Assembly (NCBI GenBank): GCA_031413515.1 | Contig: JANOFF010000015.1 | Span: forward strand, 1,591 to 65,590 | Reading direction: 5' to 3' | Source of the DNA: a bacterium | GTDB lineage: Bacteria; Myxococcota_A; UBA9160; UBA4427 | Length of the DNA stretch: 64,000 nucleotides | Shown here: positions 34,342 through 46,229 of the stretch, piece after piece | Layout of the letters: each line of letters opens with the position of its first letter | How positions within the stretch are numbered: the first letter of the stretch is position 1 | Made by a program: the position numbers and the translations under genes | Notes under the pieces: generated by a model | What the model was told of the DNA's origin: nothing | The model's database searches: none | The model's input: the letters and a program-made list of their open reading frames with translations, nothing else

Positions 34342-36789
34342 GTGATCGGGCCCGCGACCATGGGCGGGGGGGAACCGTTGTCGGCACGGGAGCTGCGCCG
34401 CCCCGTCGCGACGCTCGGTGCCGCGGAGGCTGGATCCCGCGCACGACGGCTCTTCGCGATCCGGCTGTTGGCTCTGGCCGCCTCGCTCATCGCGGCCGGT
34501 GAAGCTTCGGCGGTACCGGGGCTCGATCCTTCCGTGCCGATCGAGTTCTCAGCGGACCGCCTCGACTACGTGGAAGACGGCGAGGTCTACATCGCCGACG
34601 GTCACGTGATGATCCGCCAGGCCGGACGCACGCTCACGGCCGACTGGATGGCGATCAGTCTGGCCACACGCCGCGGGGTGGCGAGCGGGCGCGTCCGGAT
34701 CGAGGATGCGGATCAGGTCGCCACGGCGTCGTTCATGGAATTCGACGTCGACACGCTGCAGGGTTTCCTGTTCGACGCGGAGATCGACACCGGGGCGGAT
34801 GGATTCGTGGTCGTCGGCCGGGAATTCGAACGCCGGAGCGACGTCGACTATGCGCTGCGCGAGGGAGGTTTCACCAGCTGCCGCTGCCCGGAGGAGGACG
34901 ACCGCGAGCCCTGGCGTGTCGAAACCGAGGTCGGCGAGGTGGAACTGGGCGGCTACGGGCAAGCGCGCAATTCCACCGTCGAGGTCCTCGGTGTGCCGGT
35001 TGCCTGGCTGCCTTGGATCCTGTTTCCGGTGAAGACCGAGCGTGAGTCCGGAGTGCTGCTGCCTGACCTCGCGTTCGGCGGCACCAACGGCGTGCAGGTC
35101 GGACTGCCGCTGTTCTGGGCCGCGCGTCACGACGTCGGGGTCATCTTCACTCCCCGTTATCTGGAGAACGCCGGATTCAAAGGCGACATCGAGGTCGAGT
35201 ATCTGCTCGGCGAGCGTTCGAGCGGTGTGATGGGAGGAGCCTACGTGCGCGATCAGCGCGGCGCGGCTGGCTCGACCGGAATTCCGGAGAATCGCTGGGC
35301 GGTGCTGATCGAGCACGATCAGGCCCTGCCGGCCGACTTCCGGGCGCGGGTGGACGCCAGGGCGATCTCGGACAACGCCTACCTCGATGATTTCGATGAC
35401 TATGCGCTCTACCGACGCGATCTGTTCCTGCGCTCCTCGGCGTTCGCCTTCGGTCAACTCGGGGAGACCGGGCGCGTCGGCCTCGTCGGGGCGCTCAACT
35501 ACGCCGACGATCTGCAGAACCCGCTCGGGCTCGATCGCGACACGACGTTGCTGAATCGCCTGCCCGATGCGGCGGTGCGGGTGCTGCCCGGGGAGACGCC
35601 TTTCGCACCGGGACTCGGCTTGTTGCCCAGTCTCGACAGCGATCTCAGCTATTTCTTCCAGCGCGAGGATCCGCTGATCGCAGATCCCACGGCTCTGCTC
35701 GGGCCGGACGGAAGCTTCCTCGATGCGGGCATCGATCCGGCAGCCGGCGCCGCGGATCCGACTCGCGGCGACGGGATCTTCCAACCCGGCGAACCGCTGA
35801 TGCAGGACGGCACGCGCTTCACGGTGCGTCCGCGCATCGCACGGCCGGTGTCGCTCGGGGGTGTCGCCGACTTCGTGCCTGAACTCGGATACGCGGAGAC
35901 ACTCTATGACGGCAATCGGACGGGTTTCGCCGAACGCGGCGTCGCCAGCGCGCGCGGAGATCTGCGGACCCGGTTCGTCGGACTGCGGTCTCTCGGTGCC
36001 GATTTCGAGGGCGAGCACGACTTGATGCCCTTCGTCCGATACACCTGGATCCGCACGCGGAATCAAGCGAGCGTGCCGATCTTCACACCGCCGTCCACCG
36101 TCGACCAGGAGCGACTCCGTCAGCTCGATCCCGAGAACTACGTGCTCGATCCCTCCGATCGGATCGCCGATGCAAATCTCCTCGCGGTCGGGTTCGACAA
36201 CGAGTTCCGCATCGGACGCCGCGTGGGTGGCGCCGATCCGCTTCGCGCCGAGGCCTGGGTCTCGTTCCAGCACGACTTCGATCAGGGCGACGCGGGCCAG
36301 CTCGTGCTGGGCGGCCAGTCGGAATGGCGCGGGCGCCTCGCGGGTACGGCGAGTCTGTTGCTCGACGCGGGGCAGGGTGAGATCGATGAGGGTCTGCTCG
36401 GTCTGCGGGTCGAATTGCCGGACTGGGCACTCTTGCGATCCCCCTACGTGAGTGGTCGCTACCGCTACCTGCGTGTACCTCCGCAGATCACCTTCATTGC
36501 TCCGCGCTCGGTCGATCAGGTGGACGTGGGCGTCGGCTTCCGGATCTCGGAACGATTCGCGATCGACTATTCGCTCGCCTACTCGCTGGAGGACGGATCG
36601 CGGCTCACCCAGGTGGGGAGCGTCGTCTACGCGTCGCGCTGCAAGTGCTTCTCGATCGGCTTCGATCTCATCGAGGATCCGACTCGCGACGTGTTCTTCC
36701 GGGTCCGGTACAGCATCACCGGACTCGGAAGTGCAGGCGCGGATCCATTCGCGGCTGCACGCGGGCTGTTCAGCGACGCGGGCTTCTAG
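34342..36789 (+). CDS. lptD: LPS assembly outer-membrane protein LptD
   Basis: FSADRL jelly-roll start, FTSCRC, PW, WLPWILFPVKTERESGVLLP, PLFWA, C-terminal CKCF; start uncertain. Confidence 0.82.
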   Translation: MIGPATMGGGEPLSARELRRPVATLGAAEAGSRARRLFAIRLLALAASLIAAGEASAVPGLDPSVPIEFSADRLDYVEDGEVYIADGHVMIRQAGRTLTADWMAISLATRRGVASGRVRIEDADQVATASFMEFDVDTLQGFLFDAEIDTGADGFVVVGREFERRSDVDYALREGGFTSCRCPEEDDREPWRVETEVGEVELGGYGQARNSTVEVLGVPVAWLPWILFPVKTERESGVLLPDLAFGGTNGVQVGLPLFWAARHDVGVIFTPRYLENAGFKGDIEVEYLLGERSSGVMGGAYVRDQRGAAGSTGIPENRWAVLIEHDQALPADFRARVDARAISDNAYLDDFDDYALYRRDLFLRSSAFAFGQLGETGRVGLVGALNYADDLQNPLGLDRDTTLLNRLPDAAVRVLPGETPFAPGLGLLPSLDSDLSYFFQREDPLIADPTALLGPDGSFLDAGIDPAAGAADPTRGDGIFQPGEPLMQDGTRFTVRPRIARPVSLGGVADFVPELGYAETLYDGNRTGFAERGVASARGDLRTRFVGLRSLGADFEGEHDLMPFVRYTWIRTRNQASVPIFTPPSTVDQERLRQLDPENYVLDPSDRIADANLLAVGFDNEFRIGRRVGGADPLRAEAWVSFQHDFDQGDAGQLVLGGQSEWRGRLAGTASLLLDAGQGEIDEGLLGLRVELPDWALLRSPYVSGRYRYLRVPPQITFIAPRSVDQVDVGVGFRISERFAIDYSLAYSLEDGSRLTQVGSVVYASRCKCFSIGFDLIEDPTRDVFFRVRYSITGLGSAGADPFAAARGLFSDAGF

Positions 36790-36853
36790 CGCGCCGTCCC
36801 TCCGCGACTCGCGCGGACCTCGCCACCGGGCCCCGACCGATCGCGTCTCCGCC

Positions 36854-36881
36854 TTGCACGCGGTGGGAAACCCCTTAGAAT
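36854..36881 (+). promoter_or_regulatory. Putative sigma70 promoter of the trp operon
   Basis: TTGCAC-N16-TAGAAT about 60 nt upstream of trpE. Confidence 0.55.
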
Positions 36882-36941
36882 CGAAGCTCTTTTCGCTCGC
36901 AGCCCCGCCCCGCGCCGTGCCGGGTGCCGGGGGAGGCCATC

Positions 36942-38432
36942 GTGCTCCGCCCGTCGCTCGAAAGATTCGTCGAGCTCGCCGCTCAGGGAAACCTCGTCCC
37001 GATCGTGCGCGAGATCATGGCGGATCTCGACACACCGCTGTCGCTCTTCAAGCGCCTCGATGACGGACGGACGAGCTTCCTCCTCGAGTCCGTCGAGGGC
37101 GGTGAGAAGTGGGCCCGCTACAGCTTCATCGGCACCGGTTCGCGCGCGATCTTCCGGGCCCGTGGCCGGGAGATCGAATGGACGGTGGACGGCCGCACCG
37201 AACGCCACACCTCCCAGGGCGATCCGCTGGAGTTCCTGCGCGACCGACTCGACGCGTATCAGCCGGTGCTGCCGCCCGAACTCGAACTTCCGCGCTTCGT
37301 CGGCGGTGCGGTCGGCATGATCGGCTACGACTGGGTGCGTTTCGTCGAGCGGGTGCCCGATCGCAATCCCGACCGGATCGGTCTGCCCGATCTGTGGTTC
37401 AGTTTCCCCGAGACGGTCGTCGTCTACGACAACATCCGTCACGCGGCGCTGATCGTGCGTCTGGTCGAAGTGCCCGAGCACGCCCATCTCCCGTCGCTCT
37501 ACGGCGCCGAAGTACGCGCGATCGATGCGGTGGTGTCGCGGCTGCGCGAGTCGTTGCCCGCCGAGCCGCGGGCCGAAGCGGTGCGCGTGCCGATGGAAGT
37601 CAGCCGCAGCATGACGAAGGAGGGCTACTTCGAGATCGTCAAGCGGGCCAAGGAGTACATCGAGGCCGGTGACATCTTCCAGGTGGTGCTCGCGCAGCAG
37701 TTCCAGATGCCACTGCAGGTCGACCCGTTCACCATCTACCGCCATCTGCGCGCGATCAATCCGAGTCCCTACATGTTCTTCATCCGCATGGAGGGGGATG
37801 CGGTCCTGATCGGATCGTCTCCGGAGATCCTCGTGCGCGTCGAGGGCAAGCGGGTCGACGTGCGGCCGATCGCGGGCACCCGCGCACGGGGCGAGAATGC
37901 CGAACAGGATCTCGCGCTCGAGCGCGACCTGCTCGCGGATCCGAAGGAGCGGGCCGAACACGTGATGCTGGTCGACCTCGGTCGCAATGACGTCGGACGG
38001 ATCGCGGAGATCGGCAGCGTCCATGTCGACGAGTACGCGGTCGTCGAGCGCTACTCGCACGTCATGCACATCGTTTCGAACGTCCAGGGTCGCCTGCGTG
38101 AGGGACTCGATTGGCACGATGTGCTGCGCGCGACGTTTCCGGCCGGCACCCTGTCGGGCGCGCCGAAGGTCCGGGCCATGGAGATCATCGACGAACTCGA
38201 GACGGTGCGCCGCGGTCCCTACGGAGGCTGCGCGGGCTACATCGACTACTCGGGCAACATGGACATGGCGATCACCATCCGCACGATGACGGCGCATCGC
38301 GGCACGATCACCCTGGCCGCGGGGGCGGGAATCGTCGCCGATTCGCAGCCCGAGATGGAATTCGACGAGACGGTCAACAAGGCCCGCGCCGTCCTGCAGG
38401 CGATCGATCTTGCGCGCGAGGGGATCGACTGA
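36942..38432 (+). CDS. trpE: Anthranilate synthase component I
   Basis: [59 protein letters not shown]; GGAGG RBS. Confidence 0.95.
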   Translation: MLRPSLERFVELAAQGNLVPIVREIMADLDTPLSLFKRLDDGRTSFLLESVEGGEKWARYSFIGTGSRAIFRARGREIEWTVDGRTERHTSQGDPLEFLRDRLDAYQPVLPPELELPRFVGGAVGMIGYDWVRFVERVPDRNPDRIGLPDLWFSFPETVVVYDNIRHAALIVRLVEVPEHAHLPSLYGAEVRAIDAVVSRLRESLPAEPRAEAVRVPMEVSRSMTKEGYFEIVKRAKEYIEAGDIFQVVLAQQFQMPLQVDPFTIYRHLRAINPSPYMFFIRMEGDAVLIGSSPEILVRVEGKRVDVRPIAGTRARGENAEQDLALERDLLADPKERAEHVMLVDLGRNDVGRIAEIGSVHVDEYAVVERYSHVMHIVSNVQGRLREGLDWHDVLRATFPAGTLSGAPKVRAMEIIDELETVRRGPYGGCAGYIDYSGNMDMAITIRTMTAHRGTITLAAGAGIVADSQPEMEFDETVNKARAVLQAIDLAREGID

Positions 38433-38433
38433 C

Positions 38434-39024
38434 GTGCGCATCCTGATGATCGACAACTACGACTCGTTCACATACAACCTGGTGCAGTACCTCGGCGAGC
38501 TCGGTGCCGAGGTCGATGTAGTGCGAAACGACGTCGAGACCGTCGACGCGCTGCTCGCGCGCAATCCGGACGGCGTCGTGGTGTCGCCGGGTCCGGGGAC
38601 ACCGGAGGAGGCGGGCGTCTCGATCGACGTCGTGAAGCGCTTCGGTGCGCGCGGCACGCCGGTGCTCGGCGTGTGCCTCGGCCATCAGTCGATCGGCGTC
38701 GCGTTCGGCGGGCGCGTCGGGCGGGCGCGTTCCATCATGCACGGCAAGACATCCGAGATGCATCACACCGGGAAGGGCGTCTTCAGCGGGCTGCCGGATC
38801 CCTTCACGGCGACGCGCTACCACTCGCTCGTGATCGAGCCCGAGCACTGTCCGGATTGCCTCGAGGTCACGGCCCGCACCGAAGACGGCGAGATCATGGG
38901 CGTGCGTCATCGCACACTGGCCGTCGAAGGTGTCCAGTTCCATCCCGAGTCGATCCTCACCGAGGTCGGCAAGCAGCTGCTCGGGAATTTCGTCAGGGGC
39001 TGCCGACCGGGGTCGCGGCCGTGA
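38434..39024 (+). CDS. trpG: Anthranilate synthase component II (glutamine amidotransferase)
   Basis: [34 protein letters not shown]. Confidence 0.95.
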   Translation: MRILMIDNYDSFTYNLVQYLGELGAEVDVVRNDVETVDALLARNPDGVVVSPGPGTPEEAGVSIDVVKRFGARGTPVLGVCLGHQSIGVAFGGRVGRARSIMHGKTSEMHHTGKGVFSGLPDPFTATRYHSLVIEPEHCPDCLEVTARTEDGEIMGVRHRTLAVEGVQFHPESILTEVGKQLLGNFVRGCRPGSRP

Positions 39025-40049
39025 GGCTCGGCGAGGCGATCGCGTTCGCCGCGGATGCCCGAGAGGTGCCTGCAGAAGTTCTCGAGGCAGCGTTCCGCGA
39101 GATCATGACCGGTGCGGCGAGTCCGGTGCAGATCGCGGCCCTGCTGGTGGCGCTGCGCGTGAAGGGAGAGACCGTCTCCGAGATCGTGGCCGCCGCGCGT
39201 GCGCTGCGCGCGATCGCAACGCGAGCGACGGCACCGGACCCGCGCACGGTCGATACCTGCGGAACCGGCGGAACCGGTCGATCGACGTTCAGCATTTCGA
39301 CGACGGCCGCGTTCGTCGTGGCGGGCGCGGGAGTCCCGGTCGCGAAGCACGGCAATCGCGCGGTGACCAGCTGCACCGGCAGTTTCGACACCCTCGAGGC
39401 GCTCGGCGTGCGGATCGACCTGTCGATCGGGGCCTGTGTGGAGATCCTCGGCGAAGTGGGGATCGCGCCGTTCTTCGCGCGCACCGCGCACCCGGCCTTC
39501 CGACACGTCGCGGCCGTGCGCGCCGAACTCGGGGTGCGAACCCTGTTGAACTGTCTCGGCCCGCTGCTCAACCCCGTCGGTGCCCGATACCAGATCGTCG
39601 GCGTGTACTCCGAGTCGCTCGTCGAACCGCTGGCCTCGGCGCTCGCGCGGCTCGGAGCCCGGCGCGCGCTCGTGGTGCACGGCAGCGACGGTCTCGACGA
39701 ATTGACGACGACGGGGACGAGCCGGGCGGCGCTCTACGATGGCGGTCGCATCGAGTGTTTCACCGTCGACCCGGCGACGTTCGGTCTGAAGCTCGCCCGG
39801 CCCGAGGATCTTGCAGGCGGTGACGCGACCGCGAATGCGAAGATCCTGCGCTCGATCCTCGACGGCGAAGTCGGGCCGCGACGCGACATCGTGTTGCTGA
39901 ATGCGGCCGGCGCACTGTGGGCCGCTGAAGCCGCAACCGGCATCGAAGAGGGCCTCGTGCTGGCCGCCGAGAGCATCGACTCCGGGCGCGCGCGCGGGCG
40001 ACTGGCGGCGTTGATCGAGGCCTGCAGCCGGCGGGCGGTGGGCGCGTGA
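39021..40049 (+). CDS. trpD: Anthranilate phosphoribosyltransferase
   Basis: DTCGTGG, KHGNR, GPLLNP, DGLDE, LNA. Confidence 0.95.
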   Translation: MRLGEAIAFAADAREVPAEVLEAAFREIMTGAASPVQIAALLVALRVKGETVSEIVAAARALRAIATRATAPDPRTVDTCGTGGTGRSTFSISTTAAFVVAGAGVPVAKHGNRAVTSCTGSFDTLEALGVRIDLSIGACVEILGEVGIAPFFARTAHPAFRHVAAVRAELGVRTLLNCLGPLLNPVGARYQIVGVYSESLVEPLASALARLGARRALVVHGSDGLDELTTTGTSRAALYDGGRIECFTVDPATFGLKLARPEDLAGGDATANAKILRSILDGEVGPRRDIVLLNAAGALWAAEAATGIEEGLVLAAESIDSGRARGRLAALIEACSRRAVGA

Positions 40050-40834
40050 CGATTCTCGACGAGATCCTCGTGCACAAGCGCAGCGAACTCATCGAAGCGC
40101 AGCGCCGGGTCGCACCCGAAGAGTTGCGGCGACGCGCCGAGTCCGCGGGCCCCACGCTCGGATTCCGTCGGCAACTGCAGGCCGCGCCCCGCCCGACGGT
40201 GATCGCCGAGATCAAACGCCGATCGCCGAGCAAAGGGCTGATCCGCTCCGATTTCGAGCCTGTCGAACTCGCGCAGGCGTACGTACGCGGAGGTGCTGCC
40301 GCGCTGTCCGTGTTGACGGACGAGCACTTCTTCGGCGGGCACCTCGACTTCCTGCGTCGGGTCCGCGCGGCGGTCGCAGTACCCCTGCTGCGAAAGGACT
40401 TCGTGGTCGACGCGTATCAGATCGACGAGGCCCGCGTCGCCGGTGCCGATGCCGTGCTGTTGATCGTGGCGGCACTCGGCCGCGACGAACTGGAGTTCCT
40501 CCACCGACGCGGCGTGGCGCTCGGCCTCGACGTGCTGGTCGAGGTGCACGACGAAGCCGAGCTCGAACGGGCACTCGCCGTGGGCGCCACACTCGTCGGC
40601 GTGAACAATCGCGATCTGCGCAACTTCGAGGTCGATCTCGGGGTGACGGAGCGGCTGGCGCGACGATTGCCGGCCGGTGACGAGGTGTTTCTGGTGGCTG
40701 AGAGCGGCATCTTCGGCCCCGAAGACGTCGCTCGTCTCGAGCGGGCGGGCGCGAGAGCACATCTCGTGGGAGAATCCCTGATGCGTCAACCGGACGTCGC
40801 GAAGGCGCTCGGAGAGCTACGGAGGGCAACGTGA
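40046..40834 (+). CDS. trpC: Indole-3-glycerol phosphate synthase
   Basis: IAEIKRRSPSKG, SVLTD, LRKDF, GVNNRDL, AESGI, LVGESLM. Confidence 0.95.
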   Translation: MTILDEILVHKRSELIEAQRRVAPEELRRRAESAGPTLGFRRQLQAAPRPTVIAEIKRRSPSKGLIRSDFEPVELAQAYVRGGAAALSVLTDEHFFGGHLDFLRRVRAAVAVPLLRKDFVVDAYQIDEARVAGADAVLLIVAALGRDELEFLHRRGVALGLDVLVEVHDEAELERALAVGATLVGVNNRDLRNFEVDLGVTERLARRLPAGDEVFLVAESGIFGPEDVARLERAGARAHLVGESLMRQPDVAKALGELRRAT

Positions 40835-41466
40835 GCGGGAACGTGCGAATCAAGGTCTGCGGAATCCAGACACCGGAGGAGGCAGTCGCCGCGGTCGAGG
40901 CGGGCGCGGATCTGATCGGAGTGAACTTCGTGCCGGGTTCTCCACGCAAGGTCGATCTGCGTCGCGCGGAGGCGATCTGCGCGGCGGTCGCGGATGCGCC
41001 GGTCGAACGGGTCGCGTTGTTTCGCGATGCGTCCTGGGACGAGATCGATCACGTGATCCAGCGGGTCGAATTCGATCGCGTGCAGTTCCACGGCGACGAG
41101 ACCGAGGAGGAGATCGAGGCGATCGATCTGCCCGCCATCAAGGCGATCCGCGGTGCGGACCTCGAGGCCGCCGAGTTGTATCCGAGCGCGATCCTTCTGC
41201 TCGACCACCCGCACGAAGGAGGAGGTCAGGGCAAGGCCTGGGATTGGAGCGGCGCCGCGGAATTGATCGCGAGGGGACTCGACGTGATCATCGCCGGAGG
41301 TCTCACACCCGAGAACGTGGAGCGGGCGTTGCTCGAAGTCGGGGACATCGAGCCCTGGGGTGTAGACGTCGCGACGGGTGTGGAGGGCGCCGACTACCGC
41401 AAGGACCCGGCGCGCATGAAGGCCTTCATCGAGGCCGTCCGGCGGCACGGCAGCGACTTCGAGTGA
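40831..41466 (+). CDS. trpF: Phosphoribosylanthranilate isomerase
   Basis: [38 protein letters not shown]. Confidence 0.93.
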   Translation: MSGNVRIKVCGIQTPEEAVAAVEAGADLIGVNFVPGSPRKVDLRRAEAICAAVADAPVERVALFRDASWDEIDHVIQRVEFDRVQFHGDETEEEIEAIDLPAIKAIRGADLEAAELYPSAILLLDHPHEGGGQGKAWDWSGAAELIARGLDVIIAGGLTPENVERALLEVGDIEPWGVDVATGVEGADYRKDPARMKAFIEAVRRHGSDFE

Positions 41467-41602
41467 GCCGATCCGCCAGCGGATCGCGGCGTTTCACCGA
41501 TTCGAGCCCCTCCTTCGGGAGACCTTGTCGCGGCGAGATCCCGTGCGAGTCTCGAACGATGTCGAAGAGCGGTGCACGCGTGGGATCTGGAGTGATGACC
41601 GA

Positions 41603-42823
41603 ATGAGTGCCCAGGGTATGAAGAGCGAGCCGGATGCGTCGGGGATGTTCGGCGAATTCGGTGGACGCTATGCGCCGGAGATGCAGATCGCCGCGCTCGA
41701 CGAACTGAAGCGGGCGATGGCGGAGATCCTGCCATCCGCGAAGTTCCAGGCCGAACTCGACCACCTGCTGCGCACCTACGCGGGGCGGCCGACGCCCCTC
41801 ACGCATGCGGCACGCATGACCGAGGATCTGGGCGGTGCGCGCATCTATCTGAAGCGCGAGGATCTGGCCCACACGGGTGCGCACAAGATCAACAACGTGC
41901 TCGGGCAGGCGCTGCTCGCCAAGTACATGGGCAAGCCCCGCGTGATCGCCGAAACCGGTGCCGGCCAGCATGGCTGTGCGGCCGCGACGGCCTGCGCGCT
42001 GCTCGGCCTCGAGTGCGAGGTGTACATGGGCGCCGAGGACGTCCGGCGTCAGGCGCTGAACGTCTTCCGCATGGAGTTGCTGGGTGCCCAGGTGCATCCG
42101 GTCACGAAGGGCTCGAACACCCTGAAGGACGCGATCAACGAGGCGATGCGTGACTGGGTGACGAACATCGATCGAACCTACTACTGCATCGGTTCGGTGA
42201 TGGGCCCCCACCCCTATCCACTGCTCGTGCGGAATCTGCAGCGGATCATCGGTCTCGAAGCACGCGAGCAGATCCTGGAGGCCGAAGGCCGGCTGCCCGA
42301 TGCGATCGTGGCCTGTGTGGGGGGCGGATCGAACGCGATGGGGATCTTCCATCCGTTCGTCGAGGACGACGGCGTGCGGTTGATCGGCGTCGAGCCGGGT
42401 GGCGAGGGCCTGGCTTCGGGGCGACACGGTGCCACGCTCTCGGCCGGTGTCCCCGCGATCTTCCACGGCAAGCGCACCTATGTGTTGTCGGACGACGATG
42501 GGCAGATCTTCCCCGCGCACTCGATCTCTGCCGGGCTCGACTATCCGGGCGTCGGTCCCGAGCACGCCTACCTGCGCGACGCGGGAAGGGCGGAGTACGT
42601 GATCGCGACCGACGCAGAAGCCCTCGATGCGTTCGTGTATCTGTCGCGGATGGAGGGCATCATTCCGGCCCTCGAGACTGCCCATGCGGTCGCCCATGCC
42701 CGCAAGCTCGCGCCGGAACTGTCGAAGGACTCGATCGTCCTGATCAACCTGTCGGGACGGGGCGACAAGGACGTCGCCGAAGTGCGGGACCTGCTGGCCG
42801 CGAAAGCCGCAGGGTCGCGCTGA
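41603..42823 (+). CDS. trpB: Tryptophan synthase beta chain
   Basis: [55 protein letters not shown]. Confidence 0.97.
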   Translation: MSAQGMKSEPDASGMFGEFGGRYAPEMQIAALDELKRAMAEILPSAKFQAELDHLLRTYAGRPTPLTHAARMTEDLGGARIYLKREDLAHTGAHKINNVLGQALLAKYMGKPRVIAETGAGQHGCAAATACALLGLECEVYMGAEDVRRQALNVFRMELLGAQVHPVTKGSNTLKDAINEAMRDWVTNIDRTYYCIGSVMGPHPYPLLVRNLQRIIGLEAREQILEAEGRLPDAIVACVGGGSNAMGIFHPFVEDDGVRLIGVEPGGEGLASGRHGATLSAGVPAIFHGKRTYVLSDDDGQIFPAHSISAGLDYPGVGPEHAYLRDAGRAEYVIATDAEALDAFVYLSRMEGIIPALETAHAVAHARKLAPELSKDSIVLINLSGRGDKDVAEVRDLLAAKAAGSR

Positions 42824-43671
42824 TGGGCCGGATCTCCGAACGCTTCGAGGCCCTGAAGAAGAGGGACGAGCGCGCGCTGGTCGCGTTCATCACCGCCGGC
42901 GATCCGGATCTCGAGACCACGGAGGCGATCCTTCTGTGCATGGCGGAAGCCGGCGTGGACGTGCTCGAACTTGGCGTGCCCTTCAGCGACCCGATCGCCG
43001 AGGGGCCGACCATACAGCGGGCGAGCGAACGCGCGCTGGCCTCCGGGACGAGTCTGCGCCGCATCCTCCGGATGGTCGGGCGTCTGCGCAGTCGCATCGA
43101 GATCCCGATTCTGCTGATGGGCTACGCGAATCCGATCCACGCGATGGGGCCGGTGCCCTTCGCGGAAGCGGCCGCACAGGTGGGCGTCGATGGCATCATC
43201 GTGCCGGACCTGCCTCCGGAAGAAGGAGAAGTCTTCTATCGCGAGTGCCGCGCGCGGGGGATCGACGTCGTACTGATGGCGGCGCCGACCACCACGCCCG
43301 AGCGCATGGCGCTGCTGTGCGAACGCAGCCGGGGCTTCCTCTACTACGTCTCGCTGCAGGGGGTGACGGGGGCGCGTGAACGACTCGCCACCGGTATCCG
43401 CGAGCGGGTCGAACTGGCGCGGAGCTTCGGTGGCGTGCCGATCTGCGTCGGCTTCGGAATCGCGACCGCCGCGCAGTCCGAAGAAGTGGGGCGCTTCGCG
43501 GACGGCGTCGTGGTGGGCAGCGCGTTCGTCGACGCGATCGAGCGGTCGGCCTCGCGTCAGGACGCGGTGGACGCCGTGGCGCGCCTCGCCGCCGAGTTGA
43601 AGGCGCCGCTGCGCGTCCCGCTCGCCCGCGATCGAGTCACGGCGATTCGCCCCGGTGCTCCCGTCGACTAG
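42823..43671 (+). CDS. trpA: Tryptophan synthase alpha chain
   Basis: AGDPD, ELGVPFSDPIAEGPTIQ, GVTG, VGFGI, VVGSA. Confidence 0.96.
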   Translation: MGRISERFEALKKRDERALVAFITAGDPDLETTEAILLCMAEAGVDVLELGVPFSDPIAEGPTIQRASERALASGTSLRRILRMVGRLRSRIEIPILLMGYANPIHAMGPVPFAEAAAQVGVDGIIVPDLPPEEGEVFYRECRARGIDVVLMAAPTTTPERMALLCERSRGFLYYVSLQGVTGARERLATGIRERVELARSFGGVPICVGFGIATAAQSEEVGRFADGVVVGSAFVDAIERSASRQDAVDAVARLAAELKAPLRVPLARDRVTAIRPGAPVD

Positions 43672-44312
43672 GCGGATGACGTGCGACGCGGGGCCTCGCC
43701 GATCAGTTCCTGCCAGAGCGCTTCGACCTGACGACGAGTCGCCTCGGGCGATCCTGAATTGTCGATGATGTGCGTGGCGAGCGCGCGCTTGTCGTCGAGG
43801 GGCATCTGGGCCGCGATCCGGCGTTCGGCTTCGCCCACGTCGCAGCCGTCGCGCGCGACCGTCCGCTCGATCTGGACAGCGCGGGGCACCCAGACCAGCA
43901 CGGTTGCGTCGTAGTGCATCGCCGTGGCGGTTCCGGTTCCGGCCTTCTGACCCTCGAAGAACAGGGGGATGTCGAGGACCACCATCGGCGCGCCCGAAGC
44001 AGCACCCGCCCTGGCTCGGCGCACCATCTCGGCGATCACCGGCGGATGGACGAGTACGCCGAGACGCGCCCGCGCACCGGCATCGCGGAACACGATGTTG
44101 CCGAGTGCCGCGCGATCGAGGGATCCGTCCTCGCGAAGCACGCCCGCGCCGAACTCGGTGGCGATCGCGGCCAGCATCGGCGTACCCGGCGCCTGCAACT
44201 CGTGCACGATCGCGTCTGCATCCACCGTGATCGCACCGAGGCCGGCGAGCAGACGGGTGACCGTGCTCTTGCCCGAACCGATCCCACCCGAGAGCCCGAT
44301 GATCTTCGCCAT
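43668..44312 (-). CDS. coaE: Dephospho-CoA kinase
   Basis: IGLSGGIGSGKST, DAD, DRAALG, HP, DIPLFFE, RIAAQ, IDNSG. Confidence 0.93.
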   Translation of the reverse strand: MAKIIGLSGGIGSGKSTVTRLLAGLGAITVDADAIVHELQAPGTPMLAAIATEFGAGVLREDGSLDRAALGNIVFRDAGARARLGVLVHPPVIAEMVRRARAGAASGAPMVVLDIPLFFEGQKAGTGTATAMHYDATVLVWVPRAVQIERTVARDGCDVGEAERRIAAQMPLDDKRALATHIIDNSGSPEATRRQVEALWQELIGEAPRRTSSA

Positions 44313-44369
44313 GGGCGCAGGATGACAGCGCCCGGCGCGGCGCTCAAGGGCGGATCGGCACGCGGTCGC

Positions 44370-46076
44370 TCAGGTCTCGTCGTCGGCGGCGATCACGCAG
44401 TTCTTGCCCTCGGCCTTGGCGCGATAGAGGGCACGATCGGCGGCCTGGAAGAACTTCCGGCGGTCGCCGTCGTACTGCGCGACGCCGCATGAGATCGTGA
44501 CCCGGATCGGACGCATCGACTCATCGATGATCTGGGACGTGGTCTCCACCGACATCCGGATCTTCTCCGCCAGTGCGATCGCGCCGTGGAGATCGGTGTT
44601 CGGTGTCAGGATCACGAACTCCTCGCCGCCATAGCGGGCAAGCAGATCGGTTTCGCGGACGTTGGCGTTCATCTGGCCCGCGATGTTCATCAGCACTTCG
44701 TCGCCCGCCGCATGTCCGTGCCGGTCGTTCAGCCGCTTGAAGTCGTCCAGGTCCACCAGCAGCATCGAGAGCGGCTCGCCGGTCCGGCTGACGCGTTTGA
44801 TCTCGCGGGTGAGATGGTCCTGGAAGAACCTGTGGTTGTGCAGTTTCGTCAACCCGTCGGTGATCGAGAGCTGCGCCAGGACTTCGTTGGCGCGTTGCAG
44901 TTCCTCGTTCTTCTCGGTCAGGTGCAGCTTGTCCTGCTCGATCTCCTCCTGGCTGCGCCGCAGCTTGTGCATCATCTCGTTGAACGTGCGCGTCAGCAGT
45001 CCGATCTCGTCCCGGGCCCTCGGCGTCGGGATCTCGTGACGGACGTCGCCGCGCGCGATCCGGGCTGCGCCTTCGGAGAGCGCCTCGATCGGCTGCATGA
45101 GTGCCGCGGTGATCCGATGGGCGATCAGGCTGAAGAGCGCGACGATGGCCAGATCGCCGAGAAGGACGCGTCGGACGACGGATATGAGCGGCGCGTAGAC
45201 GGTGTCGAAGGGCGCTTCGACGACCATCTGTCCGGAGAGCGCGCCCATCGGTCGGGCGCTGCCCAGCAGACGTCTGTCGTTCGTGTCCATGTACTCGGTC
45301 ACCCGGCCGTCACCGAGGGTGTCCAACCTCTTCAGTGGCACGATGGGCGAACTCGTCAGCGTGTTCGCTGAGTCCGTCCACAGGAAGCCGAGCCCCTCGT
45401 CATCGGTCAGGATGATCTGGCCCGGTCCTTCGTCGGGCGCGAGAGCGAGCAGCTCTCGGATCGGTCGCGGATCGTAGGTCGCGATGATGGATCGTGATCC
45501 TGCAGTGACGCCGAGGCGGGTCGCCAGACCCGGTGCCGGAAGATCGACCGGGAAGGCGATCGCACCCGTCTCGCCCGAAGGCCCGGCGGTGTCGCTCACG
45601 AGAGAGGTCGCCGAGTCGGTGGTGAGCCCCTCGCTGTACGCGACGACTTCACCCTCGGCGCCGATCACGACGAGACCCGCGAAAGCCGGATGCCGCCGGA
45701 GCAGTTCGTTCAGCAGGCCGACCGTCGCAAGGGCATCGGTACTCGCCCAGCGTCCGGGCTCGATCCGTGCGAGGTCCGTCTCCAGATCGGCGCGTACTTC
45801 GGTGACGTGACGGTCGAGTTGCGCCACACGACGCTCGAGCAGCGCGGGGAATCGGATCGCGAGCTGATCTCCGAGCTGCCGATGGATCGCATCGAGGGAG
45901 ATCCAGCTGACCACGACCGCCGCGAGGAAAGTCGACAGGAACACGAAGAAGACGATCCGCGTCGAGATACGATGATGCGGCCGGCCAGGCGGCACGCCTT
46001 CCGTCTCGAGTGGGGCGGATCGATGATGTTCTTCAGCCATTGCGGGTCGGGACTCCGGTTCGATCGTTATCGACAA
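44370..46076 (-). CDS. Membrane diguanylate cyclase (periplasmic sensor-HAMP-GGDEF)
   Basis: Two TMs flanking a Cache-like region, HAMP (DEIGLLTRTFNEM), TDGLT, DLDDFK, RETD I-site, RYGGEEF; start could be 46040. Confidence 0.9.
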   Translation of the reverse strand: MSITIEPESRPAMAEEHHRSAPLETEGVPPGRPHHRISTRIVFFVFLSTFLAAVVVSWISLDAIHRQLGDQLAIRFPALLERRVAQLDRHVTEVRADLETDLARIEPGRWASTDALATVGLLNELLRRHPAFAGLVVIGAEGEVVAYSEGLTTDSATSLVSDTAGPSGETGAIAFPVDLPAPGLATRLGVTAGSRSIIATYDPRPIRELLALAPDEGPGQIILTDDEGLGFLWTDSANTLTSSPIVPLKRLDTLGDGRVTEYMDTNDRRLLGSARPMGALSGQMVVEAPFDTVYAPLISVVRRVLLGDLAIVALFSLIAHRITAALMQPIEALSEGAARIARGDVRHEIPTPRARDEIGLLTRTFNEMMHKLRRSQEEIEQDKLHLTEKNEELQRANEVLAQLSITDGLTKLHNHRFFQDHLTREIKRVSRTGEPLSMLLVDLDDFKRLNDRHGHAAGDEVLMNIAGQMNANVRETDLLARYGGEEFVILTPNTDLHGAIALAEKIRMSVETTSQIIDESMRPIRVTISCGVAQYDGDRRKFFQAADRALYRAKAEGKNCVIAADDET

Positions 46077-46229
46077 GCGACCGACCGCTCTTGACCGACC
46101 GATCCCGAAAGTGGTGGATTCTCAAGGTGTTAGCCGCGACTTCAGGCAGATCGGAGTCCCTGGGGGTCGGCTCTCGGGAAGTCCGTCTATAACTCCCTGT
46201 CCCTCCACGTGAATTGGTCGCGAAGGAGT

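Noticed and set aside
36790-36941. trp attenuator or leader peptide
   Set aside because: No short ORF with tandem Trp codons and no terminator/antiterminator pair between the predicted promoter and trpE.
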